The position numbers and the translations under genes were made by a program. DNA of 64,000 nt from a virus, in the IMG/VR virus record IMGVR_UViG_3300046808_001301; one strand, given 5' to 3'. Below are positions 37,591 to 48,204 of this stretch, piece after piece. Position 1 is the stretch's first letter, and every line of letters begins with the position of its first letter. The notes below the pieces were generated by a model. The model had not been told where the DNA came from, searched no databases, and saw only the letters and a list, made by a program, of their open reading frames with translations.

Positions 37591-40500
37591 ATGGCTTTAA
37601 TAACGTCACCATTAGATATTACTGGCTGTCAGCTTTGGTTAGATGCTAATCAAGGAGTCTTGGATCAATTTGGCAATCCTGTGACCGCTGACGGAACTTC
37701 TATTGGAACTTGGCGAGATCAAAGTGGCAACAACAATCACGTAAGCTCTAGTAGTGGCACTAGGCCTACTTACAGAACAAATATTAGAACTTCTCCTGAA
37801 AAATATAGCAATGTAGTAAGATTTGGAGGTAATGGGTTGCTTGCTACAGGAGACGTATTAGCGTTAGGAACTAACCACGCTTTACTGTTTGCTGTTATTA
37901 AAAATACAGTTGCTCCGACTTTTAATGCTCAACACATCATGTCTAAGAGCCGACCTGGTTCTGTTGGTCAGTATTTTATTAGTAGAACGTCTCCCGTAGA
38001 CGGATCCATCGCCAACGGTTTGTTGGGGTTTGTGTGGTCTAATGGGAATATGTACACAACTTTATCCAACACGTGTTCTGACTACACGATTGTTTGCTGG
38101 AACGTTTTAAGAAATCAATCAGTCAATGGACCAATGAAAATGCGTGCTAATAGATTTCAAAATAGCACCGACGCTGGTGGAGGAGACAACGGATTTAATG
38201 CAGTTCTTTCGTCCAGGTTTTGTATTGGAGGATGTAACGATTCTACAGGCTTTGCTGACAATTCCGATCCTGAATATTATTTTAATGGAGATATTTGCGA
38301 GTGTGGAGTATATATTCGAAATACCCCATACACTGATCACGAACTTAGACGTTTAGAGGGGTATCTTTATAATAAGTGGTTTTCCTCAACTAATCCAGTA
38401 GTTTTTAATTTAAAAGGATGGTTTGACGCTGCAGATTCTAGTACTTTGTTTCAAGACAGACTTGCAACAACTCCTGCAATTATAACTAGCCCCCAAAAGC
38501 AACCCGTTGGTTGTTGGAAAAATAAAGCTCTAGACGGTTACGGAAATTTTACTGGGATTGTCGGACAAACAGTTTCAGCGCTGCCCAGTGCCGTAGTTAG
38601 CTCTTACAACGGTTTGTCTGCTATAAGATTTAATGGACTAGCATCTCCTCTTACATTAACATATTTAAGTCTTTCGGCTCCAGATCAGACAACAGCAGGA
38701 GGATTTAGACATCAACAACAAACAGCAATTGTCGTTGTTGCTCCTCATAGTTCAAATTTTGTTGATAGAGCTAGAATTTTAGGGTCCAATAGAACTATTA
38801 CTGGTTCTAACGATGCTACAGCCGGGTTTACTCCTTTTGTTCAATTTGGGACAGCAACTACAATAGCTTCTCTGATTGATAACGGTAGTAATGCAGCTGT
38901 GCAAGCAAAGCTAGCAGAATTCAATATACTTACGAACAGAGCAAATAATACAGTAGAACTTACAAATACCAGAAACAGCCAATTAACAGCTTATCAGCAA
39001 AACACTAGTTTTACAGGCAAACTTTCTTCGTATGGATTTAGACTAGGAGCAAACATTGGTGTTAACGGAATTAACACAGCTCCCACGGGAACGCAGTATA
39101 ATGGAGATATTTCAGAAGTATTAATATATGATCGGTTTTTAACAAACGCAGAATGTCATCAAGTTGAATACTATCTTGCTAAAAAATGGAATATTCCTGA
39201 AGCTAAATTCACTTATGCTATACGAAACGGAAATTGGTCAGATGATGCCACGTGGTCAACTAACATTGTTCCGACTCTTAGTTCAGATGTATATTCTAAT
39301 GGATTTAACGTAACTATTGATCAAAACATAATAGAGGAGGTTCGAACTCTAAGAGGAACTCCTCCTCCCGCATACCCTTCTTTATCGTTAGCTAACAATG
39401 GCTCGTTTTTACTCAATCAGCCTTACACAATAAACATTGCACCTAGTAGCGTTAATCACTTTACAATTGTAGCTGGCACCGTTCCTGGGTTAGATTTAAA
39501 CGTTTCTACTGGTAGTGTACACTTAACAGGAAACATTATTTCAGGAACAACAACCACTGCTTACGGTTTAATACAAAGAGGCACTTCTCCTTTAACAGTA
39601 TACGGAAAAGTTATTCCAAATCAAGCCATTGGACTTTATAATTTAGCTGGAACTTCTGTAACTATAACCCAAACGTTATCTGGAGGAGCTGTAGATGACA
39701 TATACGGGGTATACAATCAAGCTCCGTTTTGTAATATTAGTGTATTAAGCGGAGTAACTGGAGGAACAGGTACTAGGAGTGTAGGAATATCAAGCGTCTC
39801 GACCGGAGCTCTTACTCTTTCGGGAAGAATTTTAGCTGGAACGGGGTTATCAGCAGCTGCTGTGGTTAGTTCTGTAACTACTACAATTGCTGTTACAGGA
39901 GATGTAACCGGAGGCCCAAATACCAATACTTCAGGCATTTTATGTTTGTCTTGCGAAGACATTAACATTTTAGGAGTAATTTCAGGAGGTTCTGGACTAT
40001 CAGCGTGCGGAGTAAACATTCCTTATACTAAAAACATATTTTTATCAGGAGCTAGCTCAGGAGCAATTGTAAGAGGAGGAACAGGAGAATCTACTCACGG
40101 GTTATATAATAATACAGCAAACAATATAACCGCATATGGAATTATAAGTGGTGGTACTTCTCGATACTCTCGAGGCATCAATTCTTTTTATGCTAATAAT
40201 TTATTTTTACAAAGAGGAGTTTTAGGAGGAACTTTATCAGCTACTAGTGGCTTTTATAACCTCACATCCAACTCTTTGTTTGTTAGTGGAAATATTGTAG
40301 GAGGCAACAACACTCTTTCTACAGGTGTTACTACACTAACTACTAGCTCAATTAAAGTAATTGGAAACATAACTGGTGGAACAATGTTGTCCTCGTTTGG
40401 CTTATTAAACGACGCAACAAACACAATAGAAATTTCCGGAAACCTAACAGGAGGATCAGGAGCTAATTCAAGAGGGCTGCACTCTAATGTGGCTACAACC

Positions 40501-41928
40501 TCAGTCATAATTTCAGGAAATGTTACGGGAGGAAGCGCATTTGAAGCTCACGGCGCTATGTGTCCTATTACGACGTCTGTCTCCGTAACAGGAAATATTA
40601 TTGGAGGATCTGGAGGAGGATTTGGTATTTTGTGTCTTTCTGCAGCTCCGTCTATATTCGTATTAGGAGACATACGGTCAGGCGGAAATACAGCATTTGT
40701 CGTGCGTCCCACAAATCCCGCGTCCTATTCCAATATAACTGTTATTGGAAACATACAAGGCATTGGAGCAGGAAACGGAGTTCTTAACGAATCTACGGGA
40801 AATTTAACCGTAATTGGCAATGTAATCGGTGGAGCAGGAACCAGCATACAAAACTTGTCGTCAAACGTTGTATACATATCAGGAAGCGTATCAGGTGGAA
40901 GTGCGGGAGTTGGACTATACGACAGACTTGCTCAATCTATTACCATTGTTGGCTCAATTTCTGGAGGAACAGGAGCTGCTGGATATGGTTTAAGATTGTC
41001 AAGTCCAAATAGTTCTACGGTAAATATTTCAGCAACGGATATTTCGGGCCGAGTAGGAGTAGCTATATACAACGATTTAAATCTTCTTGCTAACTATGCT
41101 GCAACAGGGTTTGGACCAGGATCTGAACCCGTCAGCAATATTTACATAAATTGTCCGCTAATACGTTCAGGAAGCAATTCAGGAGCTATAAGCAGCGTTA
41201 ACACAGGACAAGGAGCTGATATATACATAACAGGAAGTGTATATGGCTCCGGAGGAAATCCTACTATTGTAAACGCCAATAGATGGGGAAAAATTAACAT
41301 TAAAGGTGACGTAATTGCTGGGTTAGCTCCAGCTCCTATAGGTTATGTTATTGAAAATTTAAGCAATGCTACACTTCAAGTTACAGGTTCTGTCATTGCA
41401 ACAAACAACCAAGGAGCAATTAGAGGAGTCTCCCTCGGAGCAATTCATGAAATTAATGGCCCGATTATCAACGCTTCAAATGGCAGACAAGCTCTTTGGT
41501 TAAGAACGTATTATCATTCTGCTAAGAATTTTAATTCTTTTATTAGATACGGAACGAACACAGGAGGAACGTTAGACTTTTACGCTCCAGAAGGATATCC
41601 AGTTTCTCAAATTCCACCAGTTTCTTCTGTAGCAGCAGGAACCGTTTATGCTGTTATGAGTGCTCTTTCAGGCATGCCGTTTATTAACGTTTCTCAACTT
41701 ACAGGAACAATGATCGTTCCTTCAGTAAGCTCTGTTAAATTTGGCGTACCAGTTGGAATTGACACAGGAAAAGTAAAAGCAACCAAACTAAATTTAATCG
41801 ATATGTTAAATATAACTACTGAAAGTGGATTATTGACATCTGATGGCACCTATGGCAAATTACTTGCAAATATTTGCACCAAATCAACAGCATTATCAGG
41901 AGCTAGTCTCTTAGCAGGAGCACGTTAA
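37591..41928 (+). CDS. Large modular fibre/adhesin protein (two LamG-like domains and a Gly-rich beta-helix)
   Basis: Two W[LF]DA...W[RK]...GDI.E...YL..KW domains; [VI]xGN[VI]xGG repeats; shared C-terminal module. Confidence 0.8.
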   Translation: MALITSPLDITGCQLWLDANQGVLDQFGNPVTADGTSIGTWRDQSGNNNHVSSSSGTRPTYRTNIRTSPEKYSNVVRFGGNGLLATGDVLALGTNHALLFAVIKNTVAPTFNAQHIMSKSRPGSVGQYFISRTSPVDGSIANGLLGFVWSNGNMYTTLSNTCSDYTIVCWNVLRNQSVNGPMKMRANRFQNSTDAGGGDNGFNAVLSSRFCIGGCNDSTGFADNSDPEYYFNGDICECGVYIRNTPYTDHELRRLEGYLYNKWFSSTNPVVFNLKGWFDAADSSTLFQDRLATTPAIITSPQKQPVGCWKNKALDGYGNFTGIVGQTVSALPSAVVSSYNGLSAIRFNGLASPLTLTYLSLSAPDQTTAGGFRHQQQTAIVVVAPHSSNFVDRARILGSNRTITGSNDATAGFTPFVQFGTATTIASLIDNGSNAAVQAKLAEFNILTNRANNTVELTNTRNSQLTAYQQNTSFTGKLSSYGFRLGANIGVNGINTAPTGTQYNGDISEVLIYDRFLTNAECHQVEYYLAKKWNIPEAKFTYAIRNGNWSDDATWSTNIVPTLSSDVYSNGFNVTIDQNIIEEVRTLRGTPPPAYPSLSLANNGSFLLNQPYTINIAPSSVNHFTIVAGTVPGLDLNVSTGSVHLTGNIISGTTTTAYGLIQRGTSPLTVYGKVIPNQAIGLYNLAGTSVTITQTLSGGAVDDIYGVYNQAPFCNISVLSGVTGGTGTRSVGISSVSTGALTLSGRILAGTGLSAAAVVSSVTTTIAVTGDVTGGPNTNTSGILCLSCEDINILGVISGGSGLSACGVNIPYTKNIFLSGASSGAIVRGGTGESTHGLYNNTANNITAYGIISGGTSRYSRGINSFYANNLFLQRGVLGGTLSATSGFYNLTSNSLFVSGNIVGGNNTLSTGVTTLTTSSIKVIGNITGGTMLSSFGLLNDATNTIEISGNLTGGSGANSRGLHSNVATTSVIISGNVTGGSAFEAHGAMCPITTSVSVTGNIIGGSGGGFGILCLSAAPSIFVLGDIRSGGNTAFVVRPTNPASYSNITVIGNIQGIGAGNGVLNESTGNLTVIGNVIGGAGTSIQNLSSNVVYISGSVSGGSAGVGLYDRLAQSITIVGSISGGTGAAGYGLRLSSPNSSTVNISATDISGRVGVAIYNDLNLLANYAATGFGPGSEPVSNIYINCPLIRSGSNSGAISSVNTGQGADIYITGSVYGSGGNPTIVNANRWGKINIKGDVIAGLAPAPIGYVIENLSNATLQVTGSVIATNNQGAIRGVSLGAIHEINGPIINASNGRQALWLRTYYHSAKNFNSFIRYGTNTGGTLDFYAPEGYPVSQIPPVSSVAAGTVYAVMSALSGMPFINVSQLTGTMIVPSVSSVKFGVPVGIDTGKVKATKLNLIDMLNITTESGLLTSDGTYGKLLANICTKSTALSGASLLAGAR

Positions 41929-41929
41929 C

Positions 41930-43489
41930 ATGCCTAGTAAATACGCTACAAGAAATGGAAGTTTTCATGATACTGGAGTAAATTCCCTATGGTATTCAGC
42001 ATCAGCAGCCAACGCTCCTGGAGGTTATGTTCAAGTGGAACCTCCCGTTGCTGGAGATGATGCAATTTCTAACGGATATTTTGTTACTATAACAAATGAT
42101 ATTAGATGCAACAATCTTCACAATGGTAGACGCTACGGCTTTGCAAATCCAGGAGGAGGGTTCGTTTTAAATACTTGGACAAACTCAGTTAGTGTTACAG
42201 CAAACGTTTTGGGAACAAAATTAATTAATAATACTACTGCTCTGTCCTGCGTAGGAACAAATACAGCGACGCTGGTCGGATTTGTGCGAGCCCCGGAGTG
42301 CCCTACTCCCAATTCGTTGGGATCGAACTACGGAGTATCTGTTGTCAATCGGAATACAAATACATTTAATATGTTCGGAGAAATTACATCTCCAGACATA
42401 ATAGGAAGCGATTTAAACGGTGGAAATGCTTTTGTTCACTCTGCTTCCGGAACGCTAAATCTTTATGGCAATATACGTTCATCCAATCTTAGTCGATCTT
42501 ACTGGCACGACAGATACATTCGTTTATTAACGCTTAATTCGGGAACATTTAATCTATATGGCCACATAATAACAACTGGGGGTTGGTCAGGAATAGACAA
42601 TATGTCTTTAGTTGTATCAGGCCCCTCCACTACTACAATTTTTGGAAATATTTACGGAAACGACACTAACGGCGACGCGCTCTATCCTGTAAACATCAAT
42701 TCCAGTACTGGGCCAGTAACGATGACTGTTAACGGAAACGTATACGCAGGTGTTACACAAAGTGGAGCAGCTATATACTCAGCAAATCCTCCTGCCAACA
42801 CCACCTTGACTGTTAACGGCAATCTAATAAGTGGAAGAAACGGTTATTGTGTAGATTTTAGAGGGACTAATGTTGGAACAATTAGAGTTAACGGGAACAT
42901 ATTAACTCAAACTGCTGTAGGAATTCATTATACAAATTCAAACGTATTTGTTAACGGCAATGTAGTAACAACCAACATAGAACCCGCAATATACGGAACA
43001 CCTGATAACACAGGAGTAACTACCATTAATGGAAATTTACTCGGTACTCCGCAAGGTATTCCTGCTATTCAAGCTCCGTTTGTAAGATTTGCTTCAAACG
43101 TATACCAGCCTTATATATCTCATGCAAAAACTCCATGGGAACAGGATCCAAATGTCTCTCAAAACAAGTTTGCCGACGTTCAAACATATTATACGCTAGA
43201 CGCGCTTTCTGAATTTTCCCTGCCACCAATAAGCTCGGTAAGAGCTGGTCATGTATATGCAAACAGCTTATATACTGGAACTTGTCAGATTCCTTTAACT
43301 TCTGATGTGTATTATGGAGTTAGGTACGATGCAGATGGCACCGTTATGGGAACAGCCACTGTAAATCCAATAGATTTCTTTTTGATTAATCCTGCGGCAC
43401 TATTAGTACAAAATAATACACTAGGACAAAAGTTAGCAAATGCAGCAACAATTGATGTTTTCGGGAACACAGTTGCTAGTTTAGGATAA
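41930..43489 (+). CDS. Beta-helix fibre/adhesin protein without a LamG domain
   Basis: VNGN[VIL] repeats; C-terminal LPPISSVRAG..YA...GTC module. Confidence 0.75.
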   Translation: MPSKYATRNGSFHDTGVNSLWYSASAANAPGGYVQVEPPVAGDDAISNGYFVTITNDIRCNNLHNGRRYGFANPGGGFVLNTWTNSVSVTANVLGTKLINNTTALSCVGTNTATLVGFVRAPECPTPNSLGSNYGVSVVNRNTNTFNMFGEITSPDIIGSDLNGGNAFVHSASGTLNLYGNIRSSNLSRSYWHDRYIRLLTLNSGTFNLYGHIITTGGWSGIDNMSLVVSGPSTTTIFGNIYGNDTNGDALYPVNINSSTGPVTMTVNGNVYAGVTQSGAAIYSANPPANTTLTVNGNLISGRNGYCVDFRGTNVGTIRVNGNILTQTAVGIHYTNSNVFVNGNVVTTNIEPAIYGTPDNTGVTTINGNLLGTPQGIPAIQAPFVRFASNVYQPYISHAKTPWEQDPNVSQNKFADVQTYYTLDALSEFSLPPISSVRAGHVYANSLYTGTCQIPLTSDVYYGVRYDADGTVMGTATVNPIDFFLINPAALLVQNNTLGQKLANAATIDVFGNTVASLG

Positions 43490-43507
43490 GTATTTGTAAC
43501 TTTTGAT

Positions 43508-46500
43508 ATGGCTGCTTTAACATCTCCATTAGATATTCCAGGTTGCATTGTTTGGTTAGACGGTAACGACAAAACTACTATGTTTTTGTTGAGTACTGGC
43601 CTAAACCAAGTGCAAACCGACGGAGATGCAGTCGGGTATTGGAAAAATAAAGCTGCTTGGAATTCTGACTTGCTTTCACTCAATACCCTCGGAACAACGA
43701 CTCCAGGATTAAGTTCTTTTACGCATTTTCCTGGAACGTATCAAACAGCAAGGCCTGTATTTAAAGTTCAATCAAACAATACTTCTATACTTAATTTTGA
43801 TGGTTCTGATGCTTTAACGAGTTATTTTAATTTTCCTGTTCCAGCTCCTGCAAATAGCAGAGGGCTTACAACGTTTGTTACATTGAGCACTGGAAGTCCC
43901 GTGGCAAATTCCAGAACATACACTCACACAATTAATGGCTTACAAGATTCTGTTGCAGGAGTCGGAAATGTTATTCCGGCTTTTGGGCCAACTACCTCTG
44001 GTGTTATAGGTTCCCAAACTTCGCCGACTGGCTTGACTACTACTCAAACGCTTCGGTGGTCTCAATTTGAAACATACGTGTGTCATCATGACGGAACAAA
44101 ATTTACTTCGTATCTGAATAGTTTGCGATCAACAACTCCTAATTACGCTACTCATAGTTTAGACATGACGAACGTAAGTATTTCTAGAGTTGGGGCAGGC
44201 ATCGGAGCTGCTGGAGCAACTTTTGTTAATCCTGCAAGAATTAACGTGGCAGAAGTTATTGAGTATGATCGAGCATTAACTGATTCGGAAAGAATTAAAG
44301 TAGAACTTTATTTGAATAGAAAATGGAATGTCAATCAAAGAAGAACGTACGCAAAACAAAGCGGTAATTGGTCTGATCCAAATACGTGGATAGAAGAATT
44401 GGTACCTTTGACGTCAGACAATGTATTTAGCAACACATACAACGTAGATATTGATCAAAATATATTGGTTCAGGATTTGAGAAACGTCGCTCTTGCTCCT
44501 TATGTTCCTACAGGAGGAGGAATGTTTACTATTTCTGCTCCAGTTAACGTTGCAACATTAAGCGGGTCTGGGTTTGTTTCAAACGGAGTTGTGCCTTTAT
44601 TAAGCAGTTCTGCTTCAACTGGGACAGTTAATTTGACAGGACATATTGTTGGAGGTTCATTAGCCAATGATTGCTATGGTTTTCGTCATATTGGAAACGC
44701 TAGCGTCAATTTGTCTGGAAATGTCACTGCTGGAAATACTACACTATCTAGTTATGGGCTTTTATTTTATGCAGACATTGAATCTCCTAGCAATTTAACA
44801 ATAAACGGAAACGTAAGTGCCGGCAATGCTTCATCAAACTACGGAGTATCATATACAGGAGGAGGAGACGTAACAGTTACGGGGTATGTCTCAGCAGGAG
44901 GAGCCGTTGTTGGGGCCGATATGTGTTACGGATTAACGTGTATTGGGAACGGTTCAGTATACGTAGCAAGTGGAATATCTGCTGGATTTGGAAATATTTG
45001 TTACGGAGCATATCTCTCAGGAGGACAAACTAATTCAAGCGTTACTATAGGCTCTAGGGGAATTACAGCTGGTCCTGGAGCTTTTTCATTCGGTCTATAC
45101 AACGCTGGAGAAACCAGGTCTATTTCGATAACAGGAAACGTAGCTGCTTCTACTGGTTCGGGATCTTACGGTTTAAACAATGCTGGAAACGGAAACATTT
45201 CAATACTAGGAAATGTAGCTGCTTCTACTAATTTGGGATCTTATGGTTTAACTAACATTGGAAACGGAAACGTTTCATTAACAGGAAACGTAACAGCTTC
45301 TACTGGTTCTGGATCTTATGGTTTAACTAACATTGGAAACGGAAACTTATCAATAAGAGGAAACATAACTGCTTCTACTGGTTCTGGATCTTATGGTTTA
45401 ACCAACACCGGAAATGGAAATACAACATTAATTGGAGCAATAGTTGGTTCGACTAATACTCATGGAGCTGAATGCAGTGGAACTGGTGTAGTGTTTCTTA
45501 GCGGCAGAGCTACTGGTGGCGCTGGTTCAAATTCTTACGGTTTAAGGTGCCGCAGCACGGAATTGTCGGCTATAAGCGCATTTCCTTTAGGCACCGCAGT
45601 ATTTACTGGAGGTACAGGAACCAATTGTTACGGTTTATTGTTTGGTGGTAGTGCTGCTCCATTGTACGTAGAAGGAACGATTACTGGCGGTTCAGGAAGT
45701 GGGTCTCATGGAGCTTATATTGCAAACAGCACTTCTGTTAAATTGTTTGGGAACTTAAACGGAGGTACAGGATCTTCAATTGGTGTTTATGACGCTCAGA
45801 GCTCAAGCATTTCGTTAAGTGGAGGAGCTGCTGGAGGATCAGTATCAGGAGCGTATGGACTACATTTAGCGTATAACCCTTCGGTTATCAACACAAATTT
45901 ATACATAAACGGAGGACAGAATCGAGACATTACTGGAGGAAACGGAACCTCTACACATGGAGTTTACATTAACCGTGTATCTGATTTAACAGTAGAGAGG
46001 ATACTGAATATTAGAGGTGGAATTGGTGGAAATTTTTGTTATGGCATGTATTGGGCTTTTCCTTTATCAAGCTGTAACATTCAAGCATCAAGTATTAGAG
46101 GCGGAACCGGAGGTACTAATAATCACGGATTAACAATTGATGTGGATTGTACTGCAAACATAACAGGCAGCGTATTTGCTACTACTTGGGGCCACGGAAT
46201 TTACGTAGGTTCTACCTATTCGTATGTGTCTGCTAATACTTTCTTTTCTCCAAATCTTATTGTTAGAGGAAACGTGTCAGCTTCATCTGCTTCTGCTGCA
46301 GCATACAGCGCAATATACAACTCTCACAGCGACGTATACGTTGCTGGCAATGTTACAGGAGGAGCGTTCAGTGGAGCTTACGGTATTAATAATGTAGGAG
46401 GAAACGTTGACGTAAGAGGCAACGTTAATGGAGGCCCTGCTGCTGGAGGCCACGGAATATATGCTTCTTCTGGAACTGAGCGTTCTACAACAAACCTTAT

Positions 46501-47860
46501 TGTTAGAGGTAATGTTACAGGTGGAACTGTATTCAACAGCAACGGAGTGGTTAACGAAACGAATAACGGAACATTTCAGCTTTTTGGTAATCTTATTGCT
46601 CGTCCATCCTCAGGAGCAGTTGCTCTTCGTTCTGGTCATTGGAGTTCAGGAACTTATGGTATGCTTGCTAAAAACTATATTTGTGGAAACGTAATCAATG
46701 CTCCAGATGGAGGATCAGCAATGACAGCATTCCATTGCCAATTTTATCCTCCTGCTTCTTTTGGCTCCTACATTACATATTCCTCTGGATACAATACCGT
46801 TTTAGACATGGTTTTGCCAGATGGGTTTGGGATGCCGGAACCATGGGCAGTTCGTTCCGGAGTTTCTTATGCAAATGACACTCGCGTGGGAACCTGTGTC
46901 GTTCCGGATCCTAGATCAGTTAAATTAAGGACACCTGTTGATAACACGGAAGGACTTGCAATTTTGGATCCAATTGATTTATATAGCATTTCAACAGCTG
47001 TTCTCACAGCGGAAAACACACTAGGAAAATTGCTGTCCAATAGCTTAACTACCGAAGTGGCAGGAAACCTCGTTGCTAGCTGGAGCGAAGATTTTGGAAG
47101 CTATAGTCCAACAATGATTTCTGGTTTGCAGCTTTGGCTGGATGCTTCAGACAGTTCAACGTTATTTGATGCAACTGTTGGTGGCAATTTGGTAACTACT
47201 GACGGATCAGCTGTAGCAAGGTGGGCCGATAAATCCGGAAACAATAGGCATGCTATTCAAACAACGTCTACAGCAAGACCGCTACTCAAAACAGGCATCC
47301 AAGCTGGAAAAAACGTCTTACGTTTTGATGGTACGAACCATTATTTTAATATTAATAGCATAGCTGCGTTCTTTGGTTCCTCCCATACAATTTTTGCGGT
47401 TGCTCAAACTAATACAGGAGGAAAAAATGCTACATCAGAAGCATACCAAACTGTTATAGCAGGCACAGGATTTCATCAAACAATTTCATTCAGAGGATAT
47501 CCGCTCGCTAATATCGTTCATGCGGAAGTGTGGAATTCAACTCAAAGCCAGAATGCGACATCAACTCGTCCATATTCTGTAGGTAGCTGGATAGTCGCAA
47601 CCAGACGCGTTACTGCTTCCACAGCGTCAACTGTTCAGCTGTTTTTAAATAAAACAGCAGGAATTCAACAAGCTCTTTCGTCCGGCACCGTATTGAGAAC
47701 TCCTGTAGAAGCGCGTATTGGATGCGCTCAGACAGTTGGATCATTTGATTGGTTTTTAAATGGACAAATTTCAGAAATTTTAATTTATAATTCTGCTTTG
47801 ACTCCAGGCCAATACCAGAGTATTCAGTCATATCTCCAATCTAAATGGAATATTGTTTAA
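43508..47860 (+). CDS. Large modular fibre/adhesin protein (LamG, beta-helix, C-module, LamG)
   Basis: N- and C-terminal WLD...KW domains; GN[VI]xAG/GG repeats. Confidence 0.8.
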   Translation: MAALTSPLDIPGCIVWLDGNDKTTMFLLSTGLNQVQTDGDAVGYWKNKAAWNSDLLSLNTLGTTTPGLSSFTHFPGTYQTARPVFKVQSNNTSILNFDGSDALTSYFNFPVPAPANSRGLTTFVTLSTGSPVANSRTYTHTINGLQDSVAGVGNVIPAFGPTTSGVIGSQTSPTGLTTTQTLRWSQFETYVCHHDGTKFTSYLNSLRSTTPNYATHSLDMTNVSISRVGAGIGAAGATFVNPARINVAEVIEYDRALTDSERIKVELYLNRKWNVNQRRTYAKQSGNWSDPNTWIEELVPLTSDNVFSNTYNVDIDQNILVQDLRNVALAPYVPTGGGMFTISAPVNVATLSGSGFVSNGVVPLLSSSASTGTVNLTGHIVGGSLANDCYGFRHIGNASVNLSGNVTAGNTTLSSYGLLFYADIESPSNLTINGNVSAGNASSNYGVSYTGGGDVTVTGYVSAGGAVVGADMCYGLTCIGNGSVYVASGISAGFGNICYGAYLSGGQTNSSVTIGSRGITAGPGAFSFGLYNAGETRSISITGNVAASTGSGSYGLNNAGNGNISILGNVAASTNLGSYGLTNIGNGNVSLTGNVTASTGSGSYGLTNIGNGNLSIRGNITASTGSGSYGLTNTGNGNTTLIGAIVGSTNTHGAECSGTGVVFLSGRATGGAGSNSYGLRCRSTELSAISAFPLGTAVFTGGTGTNCYGLLFGGSAAPLYVEGTITGGSGSGSHGAYIANSTSVKLFGNLNGGTGSSIGVYDAQSSSISLSGGAAGGSVSGAYGLHLAYNPSVINTNLYINGGQNRDITGGNGTSTHGVYINRVSDLTVERILNIRGGIGGNFCYGMYWAFPLSSCNIQASSIRGGTGGTNNHGLTIDVDCTANITGSVFATTWGHGIYVGSTYSYVSANTFFSPNLIVRGNVSASSASAAAYSAIYNSHSDVYVAGNVTGGAFSGAYGINNVGGNVDVRGNVNGGPAAGGHGIYASSGTERSTTNLIVRGNVTGGTVFNSNGVVNETNNGTFQLFGNLIARPSSGAVALRSGHWSSGTYGMLAKNYICGNVINAPDGGSAMTAFHCQFYPPASFGSYITYSSGYNTVLDMVLPDGFGMPEPWAVRSGVSYANDTRVGTCVVPDPRSVKLRTPVDNTEGLAILDPIDLYSISTAVLTAENTLGKLLSNSLTTEVAGNLVASWSEDFGSYSPTMISGLQLWLDASDSSTLFDATVGGNLVTTDGSAVARWADKSGNNRHAIQTTSTARPLLKTGIQAGKNVLRFDGTNHYFNINSIAAFFGSSHTIFAVAQTNTGGKNATSEAYQTVIAGTGFHQTISFRGYPLANIVHAEVWNSTQSQNATSTRPYSVGSWIVATRRVTASTASTVQLFLNKTAGIQQALSSGTVLRTPVEARIGCAQTVGSFDWFLNGQISEILIYNSALTPGQYQSIQSYLQSKWNIV
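45128..45427 (+). repeat. Coding tandem repeat, 4 x 75 nt (25-aa beta-helix coil)
   Basis: GCTTCTACT...GGATCTTA[C/T]GGTTTAA recurs at a 75-nt period. Confidence 0.9.
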
Positions 47861-47868
47861 ATTTGTTG

Positions 47869-47897
47869 TTGACCTGGCCTCGAACATATGGGATATT
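47869..47897 (+). promoter_or_regulatory. Sigma70-like promoter
   Basis: TTGACC-17-GATATT, followed by GGAGG and ATG 47906. Confidence 0.55.
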
Positions 47898-47905
47898 GGA
47901 GGTCG

Positions 47906-48139
47906 ATGAAAACATCACTAACAAACACACGCATTAAGCCTCTCGAGGCTATCACTGGACGTAACAATGTACCTTCTGGTCTTTCTATTGAAAAGAAGAC
48001 CAAAATGGTCAACCGTTGCATTAATCCTAGTCGCTATGAGTTCCTTGGCTTCTTGGATCGTACAAACTCTGCAGTTCTCCGTGAACGTTTTTACAACGTT
48101 CGTGACGAGTTCGGCCGTTTTGCAACAGTCGAAGCCTAA
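47906..48139 (+). CDS. Small basic protein (77 aa) ending in RDEFGRF
   Basis: Own promoter, GGAGG and terminator; ATG 47906 preferred to 47888. Confidence 0.75.
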   Translation: MKTSLTNTRIKPLEAITGRNNVPSGLSIEKKTKMVNRCINPSRYEFLGFLDRTNSAVLRERFYNVRDEFGRFATVEA

Positions 48140-48156
48140 GAGCTAAGCGTTCAATT

Positions 48157-48188
48157 AAAGCCCTTTGCTGTTGCAAAGGGCTTTTTTT
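48157..48188 (+). terminator. Rho-independent terminator
   Basis: AAAGCCCTTTGC-TGTT-GCAAAGGGCTTT hairpin plus T run. Confidence 0.92.
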
Positions 48189-48204
48189 GTTTTAAATAAG
48201 ATTA

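Noticed and set aside
34312-47860. Diversity-generating retroelement or invertible fibre switch
   Set aside because: No reverse transcriptase or recombinase is in the window, and I saw no near-identical template/variable repeat pair or flanking inverted repeats.
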